Source of the DNA: Octopus sinensis
Taxonomy: Eukaryota
Assembly (NCBI RefSeq): GCF_006345805.1
Contig: NC_042998.1
Coordinates: 15,376,001-15,440,000 of the forward strand
Length of the DNA: 64,000 nt
Direction: 5' to 3'
Positions 39,037 through 53,819 of the stretch are shown piece after piece (position 1 is the first letter of the stretch; every line of letters starts with the position of its first letter). A model generated the notes under the pieces. That model was not told where the DNA came from, made no database searches, and saw only the letters and a list, made by a program, of their open reading frames with translations. The position numbers and the translations under genes were made by a program.

Positions 39037-39834
39037 CAGGGTGGCCCAAAGTAGGTTTACAGTTATTCAACTATCTCTTTCGCATTCTTATACAGGGTGT
39101 TCAAAAAGTCTCTCCGCAGTAAGTATTCTATTGCAAAGTATTTATAAGACGGTATAAAACTACAAAAGGATATATTAGACTATACAAGACTTTAAAACAA
39201 CTTTATAAGAGGTGTTGAAAGAATATGCATTATTGATTTTACTTTCAGTGAGTTGGCTTACAAATATATAGACAAAATTTGATCAGTGAGAAAAATTCAT
39301 TGCGCAGATACTTTTTGATCTCCCTGTATTAAAAGTTTAGACCTTAATTATTAAAAAAAATGTGAAACCATTATTGTATTCTAATTCAGTTAATTTTGTC
39401 AAGCTCCCTTTTCAGTTTCTATTTTATTTTTTACAGGTACCGTAAAGTGTGAGCCATGGCAGACAAATTAAATCAAGAGAAAACTGGATACTAAAGTAGT
39501 ATTGGAAGTCTGAAAATGCCGAGCAGGTGCGCACAGCGTGGCAAGAAGCCTTTCCCACTACTCAACCTTCACGCCAGAGAATTTATCGGATAAGAAATAA
39601 ATTTGATACCACAGGTTCAGTGAGGAATGCACCAAAATCTGGACGCCGTAAGATTTCTGTGACTGAAAAAAAATGATATGGTAGTGGCTATGACATTTGT
39701 GAACAATCCAATGATGTCCACATAACGTGGTTCCCTAGAACTATCCATAGCAAGAACATCAATGTATTGAAATGTTCTAAAAGAAATTTAAAGTGCATGT
39801 GTGCTAAATGTAAACCTACTTTTGGGTTACTCTC
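39037..39834 (+). mobile_element. Deleted Tc1/mariner element with transposase HTH relic (39456-39765)
   Basis: TA-flanked TIRs CAGGGTGGCCCAAAGTAGGTTTACA / TGTAAACCTACTTTTGGGTTACTCTC. Translation MADKLNQEKNWILK*YWKSENAEQVRTAWQEAFPTTQPSRQRIYRIRNKFDTTGSVRNAPKSGR. Confidence 0.85.
39093..39326. mobile_element. Tc1/mariner-type MITE nested in the element above
   Basis: TA-CAGGGTGTTCAAAAAGTCTCTCCGCAGT ... ATTGCGCAGATACTTTTTGATCTCCCTG-TA. Confidence 0.75.
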
Positions 39835-39883
39835 TACCTTATTTCTTATGTGTCTGCGTGTGCAAGAGTATATATATATATAT

Positions 39884-40189
<306 letters not shown>

Positions 40190-40469
40190 CAACAATTGTG
40201 GGTAAAATTAATTAATTATTAATCAATTTCACCAAGTATTCAGTATGTAAAGGGACCATTTAAGGCGAATTCAAAATATTACATTTATTAAAGGGCTTAG
40301 TAAAATAAATTACTTTGCCACATACTGAACTCATTAGAAATAGCACCAAAAAAAAATTTTTAGCCAAATTCTAATACTTAAAGAAAATTTCTCTCAGATA
40401 GTGCTTACTCAAAATAGCCCACGAAGGTATGGGGGTAAAAACATTAAAAAATCACAAGTGCAAAGGTTA

Positions 40470-40531
40470 TTTGAGAACGTACATTTCTAGATCAGCCAAA
40501 TACAATTCGACATTTCTTTCGTCAGCTCAAA
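40470..40531 (-). ncRNA. Type I hammerhead ribozyme, array copy 1
   Basis: TTTGAG-CTGACGA-A-AGA..GTCGAAT-TGT-ATTTGGC..TCT-A-GAAA-TGTACG-T-T-CTCAAA (stem III C>T change). Confidence 0.82.
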
Positions 40532-41034
40532 ATTCCTTAATTCGGATTTGTAAACACTGAAAGTAGGAGCATACCCTTTTGGCGACTTTTCACCTCCGAA
40601 GATCCGTTCAGACTAACAGTGCCAACAAATTCAAAATATGCAAGCGAAGAATTTCTGCCCTCCCCTTTCCACCCACGTGGGCTAACCTAGCAAACACCAT
40701 AATTTTATCGGTGAAAACCGAAGCATTAAACAGAGAGAAATGAATTATAATTTCAACAATTGAGGGTAAAATTAATTAATTATTAATCAATTTCACCAAG
40801 TATTCAGTATGTAAAGGGACCATTTAAGGCGAATTCAAAATATTACATTTTATAAAGGGCTTAGTAAAATAAATTACTTTGCCACATACTGAACGCATTA
40901 GGAATAGCAGCCAAAAAATTTCTTTTAGCCAAATTCTAATACTTAAAGAAAATTTCTCTCAGATAGTGCTTACTCAAAATAGCCCTCGAAGGTATGGGGG
41001 TAAAAACATTAAAAAATCACAAGTGCAAAGGTTA

Positions 41035-41095
41035 TTTGAGAACGTACGTTTCTAGATCAGCCAAATACAATTCCACATTTCTTCGTCAGCTCAAA
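41035..41095 (-). ncRNA. Type I hammerhead ribozyme, array copy 2
   Basis: TTTGAG-CTGACGA-AGA...TCT-A-GAAA-CGTACG-T-T-CTCAAA. Confidence 0.88.
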
Positions 41096-41602
41096 ATTCC
41101 TTAATTCGGATTGTAAACACTGAAAGTAGGAGCATACACTTTTGGCGACTTTTCACCTCCGAAGATCCGTTCAGACTAACAGTGCCAACAAATTCAAAAT
41201 ATGCAAGCGAAGAATTTCTGCCCTCCCCTTTCCACCCACGTGGGCTAACCTAGAAAACACCATAATTTTATCGGTGAAAACCGAAGCATTAAACAGAGAG
41301 ATATGATTATAATTTCAACAATTGAGGGTAAAATTAATTAATTATTAATCAATTTCACTAAGTATTCAGTATGTAAAGGGACCATTTAAGGCGAATTCAA
41401 AATATTACATTTTATAAAGGGCTTAGTAAAATAAATTACTTTGCCACATACTGAACTCATTAGAAATAGCAGCCAAAAAAATTTTTTTAGCCAAATTCTA
41501 ATACTTAAAGAAAATTTCTCTCAGATAGTGCTTACTCAAAATAGCCCACGAAGGTATGGGGGTAATGGTAAAAACATTAAAAAATCACAAGTGCAAAGGT
41601 TA

Positions 41603-41664
41603 TTTGAGAACGTACGTTTCTAGATCAGCCAAATACAATTCCACATTTCTTTCGTCAGCTCAAA
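41603..41664 (-). ncRNA. Type I hammerhead ribozyme, array copy 3
   Basis: Same motif, palindromic stem III ACGTACGT, GUU triplet. Confidence 0.88.
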
Positions 41665-42167
41665 ATTCCTTAATTCGGATTTGTAAACACTGAAAGTAGG
41701 AGCATACACTTTTGGCGACTTTTCACCTCCGAAGATCCGTTCAGACTAACAGTGCCAACAAATTCAAAATATGCAAGCGAAGAATTTCTGCCCTCCCCTT
41801 TCCACCCACGTGGGCTAACCTAGAAAACACCATAATTTTATCGGTGAAAACCGAAGCATTAAACAGAGAGATATGAATTATAATTTCAACAATTGAGGGT
41901 AAAATTAATTAATTATTAATCAATTTCACTAAGTATTCAGTATGTAAAGGGACCATTTAAGGCGAATTCAAAATATTACATTTTATAAAGGGCTTAGTAA
42001 AATAAATTACTTTGCCACATACTGAACTCATTAGAAATAGCAGCCAAAAAAATTTTTTTAGCCAAATTCTAATACTTAAAGAAAATTTCTCTCAGATAGT
42101 GCTTACTCAAAATAGCCCACGAAGGTATGGGGGTAAAAACATTAAAAAATCACAAGTGCAAAGGTTA

Positions 42168-42229
42168 TTTGAGAACGTACGTTTCTAGATCAGCCAAATA
42201 CAATTCGACCTTTCTTTCGTCAGCTCAAA
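42168..42229 (-). ncRNA. Type I hammerhead ribozyme, array copy 4
   Basis: Same motif, intact CUGACGA/GAAA core. Confidence 0.88.
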
Positions 42230-42605
42230 ATTCCTTAATTCGGATTTGTAAACACTGAAAGTAGGAGCATACACTTTTGGCGACTTTTCACCTCCGAAGA
42301 TCCGTTCAGACTAACAGTGCCAACAAATTTAAAATATGCAAGCGAAGAATTTCTGCCCTCCCCTTTCCACCCACGTGGGCTAACCTAGCAAACACCATAA
42401 TTTTATCGGTGAAAACCGAAGCATTAAACAGAGAGAAATGAATTATAATTTCAACAATTGAGGGTAAAATTAATTAAGAGTAAGCACTATCTGAGAGAAA
42501 TTTTCTTTAAGTATTAGAATTTGGCTAAAAAAATTTTTTTGGCTGCTATTTCTAATGAGTTCTGTATGTGGCAAAGTAATTTATTTTATTAAGCCCTTTA
42601 TAAAA

Positions 42606-42636
<31 letters not shown>

Positions 42637-43267
42637 TGTGTGTATGCGTGTGCTGTGTGCGTATGTGTGTGTGTGTGTAAATGTATATTACTGGCCCGTT
42701 CGTCGACATTCTTCTCTTACATACCAGAGTGGTAGTTCCTAGTTAAGAGATTTACGAACTTACCACTCAATTTCCCATGCCTCAAAGGCGATTACAATGG
42801 TTTTCCGTTTTACATTATAGATTCTCTCGCATTGTGTGTCACCTTTTTTTCTAGTTTTCTTCTCTCTCTAAGTTTTGACTGTTAGTCATAAGCAGCAGTC
42901 GGAATATGCATAGATATATTCTATCTACTTATGAATGCGTATGTATAGATGTTTATATATAGCTTCATTATGCACGTGCATATACACATATAATTTTGAA
43001 AATCTACGTACTTCTGTGAGTAGCTTTTATCCCTCAAGTAGCATCTACCGTTTATACATTTCTGTTTTTCCATGGTGTTCTTCTCCATATATTTAAAAGT
43101 TTTTAACCAATTAAAGATTCATATAATGTCAGAAGCTCCAAATAATATATAAGTTGATGTACAAGTCACTGCATCTTATAAGGGAAACATCTGCGAGCCA
43201 AAGAAACTTATGACATAATTCATGTTTCATGTGTGAATAGAATATATAATATATAGCCACAAAATAT

Positions 43268-43301
<34 letters not shown>

Positions 43302-43587
43302 ATTAATTAAGATTCAGGTGAATTAGATACGTTAGTTGAAGCTCCAAATCAGTCTGGTATAAGCCGCACAGCACGAAGTAAGATGATTAAAATCAAAATT
43401 GTATTAGTGTGTCCTACTCGTTAAAAAGATCTATATTTTGCACAGCTGAAGATAGCACTGCATTTAAATTGATGTAATGATTGCACTGTTCAATGAAATG
43501 GAGCCGCTTGAAAAGGTCGTACTGCATTACTACTTGATATCCTGTTGCATATTTGGTTATATATATATATACATATACATATATGTA

Positions 43588-43626
<39 letters not shown>

Positions 43627-43637
43627 ATATCTATCTA

Positions 43638-43669
<32 letters not shown>

Positions 43670-43672
<3 letters not shown>

Positions 43673-43850
43673 CACTTGACAACCGATGCTGGTGTGTTTA
43701 CGTCCCCATCGTCACTTAGCGGTTCGGCAAAAGAGACCAATAGAATAAGTACTAAGCTTACAAAGAATAAGTCTGGGGTCCATTTGCTCGACTTACGGCG
43801 GTGCTCCACCATGGCCACAGTTAAATGACTGAAAGAAGTAAAAGAAAAAT
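43670..43850 (+). mobile_element. 3' half of family B SINE
   Basis: CTTGACAACCGATGCTGG...GGCGGTGCTCCACCATGGCCACAGTTAAATGACTGAAA. Confidence 0.85.
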
Positions 43851-44097
43851 AGAGATTAAAGAATATTATTTTCAAGTCAAAATCTCCTATAGGCATGTTA
43901 ACGACTCGTTATCTAGTTAGCAGCAAGGGAAATTCGAGAGATTAGGAAATATCCCAAAGGAATAAGATTGCCTTATAAGGAAATGTAAAAAAAAACACAA
44001 ATAAAAAAGAAAAGTATGAACGCGGTTGTACTTTTCGTATAAACGATTTGAAATATAATAATAGTCATACACAGGCATACAATACACACACACACAA

Positions 44098-44140
<43 letters not shown>

Positions 44141-44144
<4 letters not shown>

Positions 44145-44456
44145 CAAACATATAAGGGATGGCCATAATAGGACATCTGACTCACTAGAAAGAGCAGTTA
44201 AACTCCAAACCACTAATAGTTTTAATTCTGAAAGGGAAAGAGAAATAAAAACATTTACCCCATCCCTTTCAGAATTACAACTATTAGTGGTTTGGTGTTT
44301 AACTGCTCTTTCTAGTGAGTCGAATGTCCTATTGTGACCATCTCTTATGTGTTTGAATGTATATTACATAGTCTGTTGGCTATTTTTTCTTTTTCACTTG
44401 ACCGCTGGTAGCGGAGAATTTTTCTAGAATCTTTTGCTACCCTAAAATTTAATAAT
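44141..44456 (+). mobile_element. (TA)n-flanked fold-back insert homologous to 9221-9676
   Basis: Arms 44143-44237 and 44263-44357 are reverse complements. AAACATATAAG...CTAGAAAGAGCAGTTAAACTCCAAACCACTAAT matches 9336-9410. Confidence 0.8.
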
Positions 44457-46639
44457 ATATATATATATGTATATGTATATATGTGTATATGTATATATAT
44501 ATATGTATGGTTGTACATATGTATGTATGTATGTATGTATATGTACATACCTATCTCCACAAGCATATACATCCATTCATGCACAGATATGCATACATAT
44601 ATAGGCAAATGTTGAAAAACCGTGGTATTATATTATTACACACTGACACCAACGCAGGCAAACACTCCCACTCACCCCCACGCTCACCCCCACGCTCACC
44701 CCCACACGCATATACGTACACATGCATATAGATGGATAGATAGATACAGATGCACATATATGGATATATGTGTATGCCTGTTCAGATGAATAGATGTTTG
44801 TATCTATATCTTTGATAGTGTGTGTGTGCGCGCGCGCGTGTGTGTGTATGTGTGTGTACTTGTGTGTGCGTATGTGCTTCAGTGTGACTACGTTTGTTAG
44901 GCCCTTACCCGCATACTACTCAATGAAATTTAAATTAGAGGGTCTCTAACGACTGCAGAAATCGCATGTTTGCGTGTTTAAATTTACAGTCAATGATATA
45001 ATTCTATTTTACTTAAATAGCAATTTATAATTCAAATTACAAATATATTTAAATCAACTTTTTCCACAATGCCTTTCCTCCTGTTTATGCAGTCTCCAGA
45101 GCAATTCTTTATCCTTTACCTGCAAAGAAATTCGTTTCCTTCCATCTAGTTATAATATGACATCAATATAAAACACGTGTTTTTATAAATACGGTCCTCG
45201 TATACCCGAGTTTATTGTCATTGAAACTACATATTACTATAATTGTCAGACTGAGCGTAACACAAGTATTAATCATAAACTATAGATTAAAACTTATACA
45301 TATTTCTTTGCTTTCTATAGCTTACTCAATGTTTTACATAATCAAATATCAAGGGACTTCATAGAGTTAACTAAGTACAAACAGAATTCACTTTCTGGTA
45401 AATTTTAGAATAGACTTATTCAAGAGTTTTGAAATTTTGTAGTTCTTGATAGAGGCTTCAAAAATACGATATTGCAACCAAATGAATTATATATCCAACT
45501 GAGAATACTAACATTAGAGATTCACTACTACATTAAAATTTACTGTATCCCTTCTATGTGGAAGCTTCACTTCAATTTTATATGATTGCAAAAGTCTTAT
45601 TTAAATATACATCCTGTACAGCTATTAATTTATGGCTGTTGTTATTTATGGCTACTTGGACTTGTGCCAATATAACTAATCATTATTTATGGCGGTTGCA
45701 TTTCCTTCTGTCAGTGAAGCGACCATTATTCATGGTTATAATATCTAATATATTCCCTCATATATTTCATTGCTTACCTTACGAATTCTACCAAAACTTT
45801 AAGTATCCAATTTTCGCTTTACTTTTGATTAGATATTTGGAGTTCCGAAAGTAGTTTTGAATATGATCCGCTCTATATACGAATGCCCCACCATGAAACT
45901 AGCTCATATATATGCAAAAAAGTACTAGTAATTTTTTATCGTTTTATTATCTAAATATATATGATTTCTGAGCAAAAGAACTTGTGACTAATGCAATTTT
46001 ACTGAGCGCACTAATTCTGTCAGATAAAATTATCCAAAATATCCTTCCTTTACGTATGCTACTAGTATTTAAGTTGAGGCATATTTCCTTATGTTTCGAG
46101 TAGATCAATTGATAGTAAATTTCGAATCATAAAATCATTGAAAACTATAACAACTTGGTACATAACATTTCACTGATAGCCACTGTGGGATAATAGACAT
46201 AGTATATCACTGAACAAGGAGAAATATGATCAAAGCACTATTGTCATGTAAATCATGTATTACGATGGAATAAATCGTCCCAAAATTAATTGTGCAATGT
46301 GTCTCTTAAATTGTTAAAATGCTACGCTGTAGTCCGAATTTTATACGGAAGCCATTCCTAGTCGACCACGTAACAACAAAAAGACACACACACACACACA
46401 CACACTTTCGGTTCAGGAAGACGCTATTTCATTTATTTCTACAAAAGTGAAAAAGTTGATGGCGACAATTCACATTAAACAGTAAAATGATTACATAGCA
46501 CGGTATTTGAAATGTATAGTGAAAGTAGCTAACATATAGTAAAATCTATAGAATTAGGTATGCTATCTTAAAATGCTGCGTGATCGTGTTGGGTGTGCAT
46601 TGTTTGTGTGGATTAGCTATACTGAATTCAGCAGGTAGG

Positions 46640-47325
46640 AAAACTTGTAATTGTCGGGCTTCACAAATATGCCCTCTTGGAGGTTTCTGTCCACGTAAAA
46701 ATGTAGTCTAACAGCGCCGTGTTATAATACCACACTCCAAGGAAACAAGGGTCACTATCAGCCTCACAGTTCATTTCAAGCGCCGCTACCCTGCACACAT
46801 GAATACTTTCTCCAATACAAATTTTAAATTATCAATCTCCTTAACAAATTATATACACAAACTTAAATCTCAAAATATTCTATATACCTTACCCTGGCCC
46901 ATTGTAATTGAGACTCTCCAATAAATTATATTTAAGGGAATTGCTAACCATTCTACGCCTCTACAACACCTCATTACTTAATAGATATTCAGATGTAACA
47001 TCGTTTTGTAAACACAGGTTCTACCCATTAAATCTATGGAATTCCATAACTAAAAGTACCCATACTCAAAATTAACCTTGAACTAAGACAAATTCAGCCT
47101 CGCAAATTCTCTATATCATTTGTGTAATTACACTCTGTGTAATTTGGGCCTGCTTATTTGTATACATATAAACATTTTTTGTATTTCATGTATTTGATAT
47201 ATTTTATATATTGATCTGTCCAACATCTTTATCCCTACCTTTACTTCAATACCCGCTCAAGTTTAGATCTCCTGAGCACTACAAAGTGTATTCTCTGCGG
47301 AGAATATTTGCATCTCATCTATGAC

Positions 47326-47327
<2 letters not shown>
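46640..47327 (+). mobile_element. Penelope-like (Neptune-type) 3' fragment: Cys-rich linker + GIY-YIG relic + 3' region ending at (TA)n
   Basis: TCNCRASQICPLGGFCPRKNVV*...HFKRRYPAHMNTFSN...SLTNYIHKLKSQNILYTLPWPI...LLNRYSDVTSFCKHR. Confidence 0.75.
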
Positions 47328-47362
<35 letters not shown>

Positions 47363-47367
47363 GTATG

Positions 47368-47439
<72 letters not shown>

Positions 47440-47441
<2 letters not shown>

Positions 47442-50400
47442 TCGATGCTCCTACTGAACATCAGAGGACTGCAAACACTCAGTAACAGGACAAAGATCCC
47501 GTTCCTGAGAGACTTTGTTGCATGCAATCAAGCCTTATGCATAGCACTTACAGAAACGCACCTGAAACCGGACATAGCAGATGCGGAGTTACACATACCA
47601 CAGTATGCTGTACTACGGACCGACAGGAAAGAAAGGAGTCATGGAGGTGTTGCTATGTACATCCGTGAGGACCTCACACCCCAGGTCCTCTTGTCATACT
47701 CAAACTCGGTGTGTGACACACTAATTGTACATATTAGGCAACTTGATGTAGTTGTGTGTGCTACATATCGCCCTCCAGATGCCCCAAGCCATGTGGGCAA
47801 GTTTGAAGACTGCCTTATAAAAATAGAAGAAATTCTAAGCACATTAGAACATATAGGTGTGCTTCTTATGGGAGACTTCAATCTGCCCAATGTCAGATGG
47901 CCCGAGGGCCTTTCTCTCCCAGGAATGACAAGATGTGAACGAGGACAGGCGAGGTCCCTCCTGAACCTCATCAACACCCTGTACATGGAGCAGTTAATAC
48001 TCCAACCAACCAGGGCAGGTAACACACTGGATCTCTGCTTCACAAATGACATGGATCTCATCCATAATGTGAAAGTGACACCGACACTACTCTCGGATCA
48101 CAACATGATAGAGCTGACCATGTACGGGCCAAAAGAGAGCACGGACATGCAGCCTACAAGAAACCCTCAAAATCTTTCCAGCTTGAACTACCATAAGGCA
48201 AACTGGAAACAATTGAGAAAGAGATCCTCAAACAAAACTGGCCTAAATGTCTCTCCTCGCCAGACATCGACGTGAAACTTCAACAATTCATGTCTGTAAT
48301 GCAAGCCATATGCTACAAATGTGTCCCAGAGAGAAAGGCCACTGTACACAAGAACAAAATCCCCAGAGAGAGGAAAATTTTAATGAGACGGCGTACGAAA
48401 TTTTCAAATCGCCTAAACAAACAGATTGAAAGCAGTGAAAAGTCCCGCCTAAAAATAAAACTGTTGGAAATCGGAAAGAGAAAGAGCAGACAAAGAAGCC
48501 TGGGCTATAGAAAACATAAAATCTAACCCCAGAGCTTTCTACAGATATGCCAAAGAAACAGCTACAGTGCACTGTAGAATAGGGCCACTCCTCGAAAAGG
48601 ATGGCACACTTACAGGAAAACCAATGAGGGTAAGTGAAATACTGAATGAGCAATTCAAGAGTGTTTTCACTCCACCCCTTGGGCATCTCCAAATCACCAA
48701 TCCAACTGACTTTTTTACCACTGCAGATATAAAATCAGAGGCGGCGACGATAGATTACATCGATATAAAGGAAGACGATGTAACCAAGGCTATAGATGAA
48801 ATGAAAACAGACTCAGCTACCGGCCCCGATGGATTCCCGGCAATCCTCCTAAAAGCATGTAAGAGAGTCCTAGCAAGACCACTGCAGTTCCTCTTTCAGA
48901 GCTTCCTTGCAGCTGGCAAACTTCCAGGAAAACTGAAGGAAGGTAAAATATGCCCCATTCATAAAGGAGGTAGCAGAGCGGAAGCCAAGAACTATAGACC
49001 TATCTCTCTGACCTCACACATCAGCAAGGTCATGGAACGAATAGTCAGAAGGAAGCTGATCACCTTCCTTGAAGAGAATGACTTGCTGCCCGACACCCAA
49101 CATGGTTTCCGACCAGGGAGAAGCTGTTTAACTCAGCTCCTACAACACTATGACTGGGTGCTGAAACGGCTGCTCAACCACTCAAATGTGGAAGTGATAT
49201 ATCTCGACTTTGCAAAGGCCTTTGATAAAGTCGATCATGGAATGATATGTCACAAACTGCGTGATCTCAACATAGTTGGAAAACTGGGAGAATGGCTTCA
49301 TGACTTTCTGAAGGATAGAAGTCAGGTGGTAGTAGCCAATGGGGCCACCTCCATTAACACACAAATAGTGAGCGGTGTTCCGCAGGGCACTGTTCTGGGA
49401 CCACTACTGTTCATAATGGCCTTCTCAGACATGCCCTCAGCCACGCAGAGAGCCACGATCACAAGTTATGCAGATGATACAAAAGTTTCACAGGCAATAC
49501 AGAACCCTGAGGACACTAAACACCTGCAATGTGAGCTGGACGAAATATACAAGTGGGCTGAAAAGAATAGCATGCAGTTCAATGCTGGAAAGTTTCAAGC
49601 TTTATACTATCAGCATGCAAAACTGAATGCAATACCCAATGAATACACTGGACCCGGAGGGATTGCAATCCCAGAGGCACAATCAGTGCGTGACCTGGGT
49701 ATTCACATGAGTGATGACGCGACCTTTCATGTACATGTTGCTAAACTGACAATGAAATGTAGACGGCTGGCTGGCTGGATTCTTAGAACCTTTAGAACAA
49801 GAGAACAAGAAACCATGATGGTCCTCTGGAAGACACTTGTCCTAAGCCACTTTGACTATTGCTCTCAGCTATGGTCACCATCCAGTGTCAAGTTGATCAC
49901 AGAACCTGAGGCGATCCAACGAAGCTACACGAAGAATATAGCCTCTATGCAGAATGTAAGCTACTGGGAAAAACTCAAGAGATTAAAATTATATTCCCTG
50001 GAGCGTAGGCGGGAAAGATATGCCATAATATACATCTGGAAGATCCTGGAGGGAAGTGTCCTGAACTTTGGCATCGAGAGTTACGCAAATGCCAGAACTG
50101 GGCGCCACTGCGTGGTGCCTAGGACTCCAAACCTGCCATCAAGATGTAGGACAAGATTCTGTGATAGCCTGGGCTTCCGAGGCCCACAGCTCTTCAATAT
50201 CCTCCCGAAGAACCCGAGAGACCTGCATGGGGTGGATACAGATGTCTTTAAAATGAAGCTGGATCTCTTCCTGTCAGGTGTCCCAGATGAACCAACTTCA
50301 CGGCAGGAGGGGCAGATGAGGGCAGCTGCATCGAACTCTCTCATGCACCAAATAGCAGTTGCTAGAAAGCCCCCATGAAGCAACACCAAATGGCGGTGCC

Positions 50401-50457
50401 CCAGCATGGCCACAGCTCATAAGCTGAAACTAGAATCAATCAATCAATCAATCAATC
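47440..50457 (+). mobile_element. CR1-group LINE, ORF2 nearly complete, (AATC)n tail
   Basis: APE and RT domains, short 3'UTR ending GGCGGTGCCCCAGCATGGCCACAGCTCATAAGCTGAAACTAG(AATC)n. The 5' end abuts (TA)n. Confidence 0.95.
47445..50378 (+). pseudogene. LINE ORF2 (AP endonuclease-reverse transcriptase) with two frameshifts (~48207, ~48478)
   Basis: EN motifs NIRGL, LTETHL, YRPP, GDFN, TLDL, SDH. RT motifs YRPISLTS, QHGFRPGRS, LDFAKAFDKV, GVPQGTVLGP, YADD. The RT segment 48567-50378 is open for 603 aa. Confidence 0.95.
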
Positions 50458-53400
50458 CTTCTATGTATCTACCCAAAATAACTGGAAACGATCTCTGTGT
50501 AACAGGTCCCTTGTATTTTGGGCTTCCACCGCTAGAAATCACTTGATTCAACCATTAGGCTTGATGCAACCATTAGGCATCAGCCTGTCGACTGGCATCG
50601 TCCTCTGAGGTCGAGCAATCTTGTGGTGCGTCTTGGTTTTGCACTGTTTCTCTACTATATATATATATATACATACAGAAGCACACTTTCACACACATAC
50701 ATACACTTACATACATATATATACGCATATATATATATTCTTATATATATATATATATATATGTACACAAGCACGCATCTACATATATGTGTGTGTAAGT
50801 GTGCACACAACAGACATCATGTGTGTGTATAAAACGGGGAAGGGTGAAGAGTAGAATTCATATATGCATGTAATAAAACAATGCTGTGATGGATGAGTCA
50901 TTTTTTTCCTCAGAAATATCAAACACTTCTATTTACAACACAAAGCAAATTATCTCGTATCACTCCTGCCATATGTCACTTGACAAGTCTATTCAATATT
51001 TCTGTGCATCTACATGAGAGGACCTCTCAAAGCGAATACGATAGCAATGCAGCGTTCTAATAACGCAACCACGTTAAGTAGGATATAAAGATTGCCATTC
51101 AGTATTAATATTCCGTTGCTAATATTTATCTTAGCATAAAAGCCTGCTGAATCTTTGCGGCATCAGTAATTGAACAGTCAGTGTCAACCAAGCACATAAA
51201 ATACACATATCTGCCTCATTATGTACTGATTAAAAAACGTAATATATCTAACACTCTAATTCGTTCAAGCCCCACTGTCGACAAACTGATTCTATTTGAA
51301 TATGCAATTTGTATTTATAGACTGGATAATGGAAAATCTTACCACAAAGCGGGTGTATAGCTCAAAAGCCGAAACTACAAATCAGCCTCAGAAATGAATG
51401 CAACTCGTCGGCAGTAGAGAAACTGGATCCCTGACACTGCTGGTCGGTTAGCTTAGAAGAGATCCGAAACATTTTTCCGTGTTTTATACAAGAATCTTCG
51501 TTCAAGCAAAACTCCTTTAAACACGTTCTTCGTGTGAGTAACTTCTATTTACGAAGCAGCAAAATGCAGTGTGTGCAACTGTGCAACTCGGCATCTAAAT
51601 TTTAGCAAACAAACCCAAAATCAATAATTCTACATGACGATTTGGTGTACCCAACCCACATCTACATACCTTGTTTTTTTAGAGATGAAGAGGCCACTGC
51701 AGGAATCATGGATTACTGCTTTCTGACATTTTTGCGAGAGGAACAATTACGTGCAGTTCCTGAAAAGTAACGCAACGTTTTAACGGGATTTGTGAAACGG
51801 TATTTCCACGTTCAGTGTTCTATATTGAATGTAGCTGTCACATGTAGATGAGAAAGAAAAGTTCCCCATTTCATGTTGAAGCTGATAATTTAGGCGCATT
51901 CAAAAACGAAGATGAAAGCCATATCATTTATGTTCATAAGATGCTTATTCATTCAAACCGATACTATCCATATATCAAAACATTTTAACACACAAACATT
52001 TATGAATTTGATCTTCAAAGTTTTGAATACTTAGAGCTGGACTCGATAAAAGCATCGCAGCCCTCCTCATCTTCACACATCTGCATATCCCTTTAGCACA
52101 TTAATACCGATTCCGAAACACACCTACCTTCCGTCACTTCCCCACATCACATTCACAAACTTCACTTCCTCGCGAACTCACTCTCTTCTGTTGGTGGTAT
52201 TATGTTTCTTTGACTCACACACACGCGCAGCAGTTATTTATCCTTTGTGGATTTCCCTTGATTCTCCTCACCATTAGCTCCTATGTGCGCTTTACAATTT
52301 ACCATAATTTTGACTATCCATCAAACTTTTCGGACCTTTTTCCTGAGTTTTATTTAATTTTTTCTTGCCTTTTCCTTACATTTCTATTCCGTTCATAAAA
52401 ATTACAGGGAGTCCCCAAAACACAATATTTAACTTTCAAACGACAATAAATACATTTTTTATTGAGTAATTTCGGAATGCACTGTAAATGAAATTAAAGT
52501 AATTTCGGAATGAAATGTAAATGTGAAAATATAAGCTTTCTTTGATAAAGAAAAATATGTAAGAATCTACTTTAACACGAACATACTACTCATTTATTGT
52601 TAATGCTTCAGATTATTCGCACTGCGCCGTAAACCATCTATCATCATTTCATTTAAATCATTTAAACATACATTTCTATCGAAAGCCTTTGACTGTTCCG
52701 AATACTAAAGATGAATTTTGTACTTGTATTTGTTTTAATTTTGAAAATTACTCGATGCTCGGCTTTTTTATGATCTTTGATAGTGCTACTATGAACACTA
52801 AACCTTTCAGCTTTCTCGTGATATCCACATCCAGCATGCTCAAGATGTTCTTTGTAACAAGGAAATATATCACAATCAGACATATACAGAATATTATAAT
52901 GCAGAGCAAAAGCAAATTATATATATTTTCCCGACATACTACTATTGACCAAGGACAAGTGTTAAACATAAACGCAGGCTTTGTTTTTAGGCTTTATAAA
53001 ACAATATCCAGTGTGACATACCATTCCAAAAGCGCAGGATTTAATTTGAGGGCTATTTCGTGTTATATCTTAGACGTTGATTGGCCTCGTGATATCTTGT
53101 ATACCGGGATAGAGAAAACTAATATATGAAAATCTTTAAAGATGTTCACAAGTAAATTAAAAACAAAAAGAAACTTTCTGTGTTTTGGACATGTAAATAT
53201 ATAAATGTGAGTTGAAACATTAGCGGCAAAGTTTTAGTCCTGTAATCTTCGCAAGCGTATGAGTGAGGAAGAGATGAAACTGGATTGTGGTTTAAGCAGT
53301 GGGCAAATAAATGCCGATGCATTTAAAGACCAGTCTCTTGTGATTCTGGATTTCACCCAAGGATATTGTAAAATGACTGAACTTATAATGATAATTAAAT

Positions 53401-53819
53401 CGAAATAATAACAAAGGATTCTTGAATTCCATTAATAATAGATACTTCCTTGTAATTATATTTATGAATCTGCAAAAAACAAAACAAAAAAACAACAAAA
53501 CATTTAGAATTAAAAACTCACTATTAACCATTCAGTATAGCAATCCAAACACACACACACACACACAAACATACACACTCATATACTCACATATATGCAC
53601 GTACACACTCATATAAGCACATATATACACGTACACACACACACACGTGTGTGTCGAAGGGAGTGTGTGTGTGTGTGTGTGCGTGTGTGTGCGTGTGTGT
53701 GCGTGTGTGTGTGTGTGTGCGTGTGTGTGTGTGTGTGTGTGCATGTGTGTGTGTTTATTTAAGAATATGTTCTTACAGTAAGGTCATCATTCTGAAATAT
53801 GAATACTGAATTACTAGTT

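Noticed and set aside
47639-50413. Minus-strand ORFs within the LINE
   Set aside because: They are antisense shadows of ORF2 with no independent motif.
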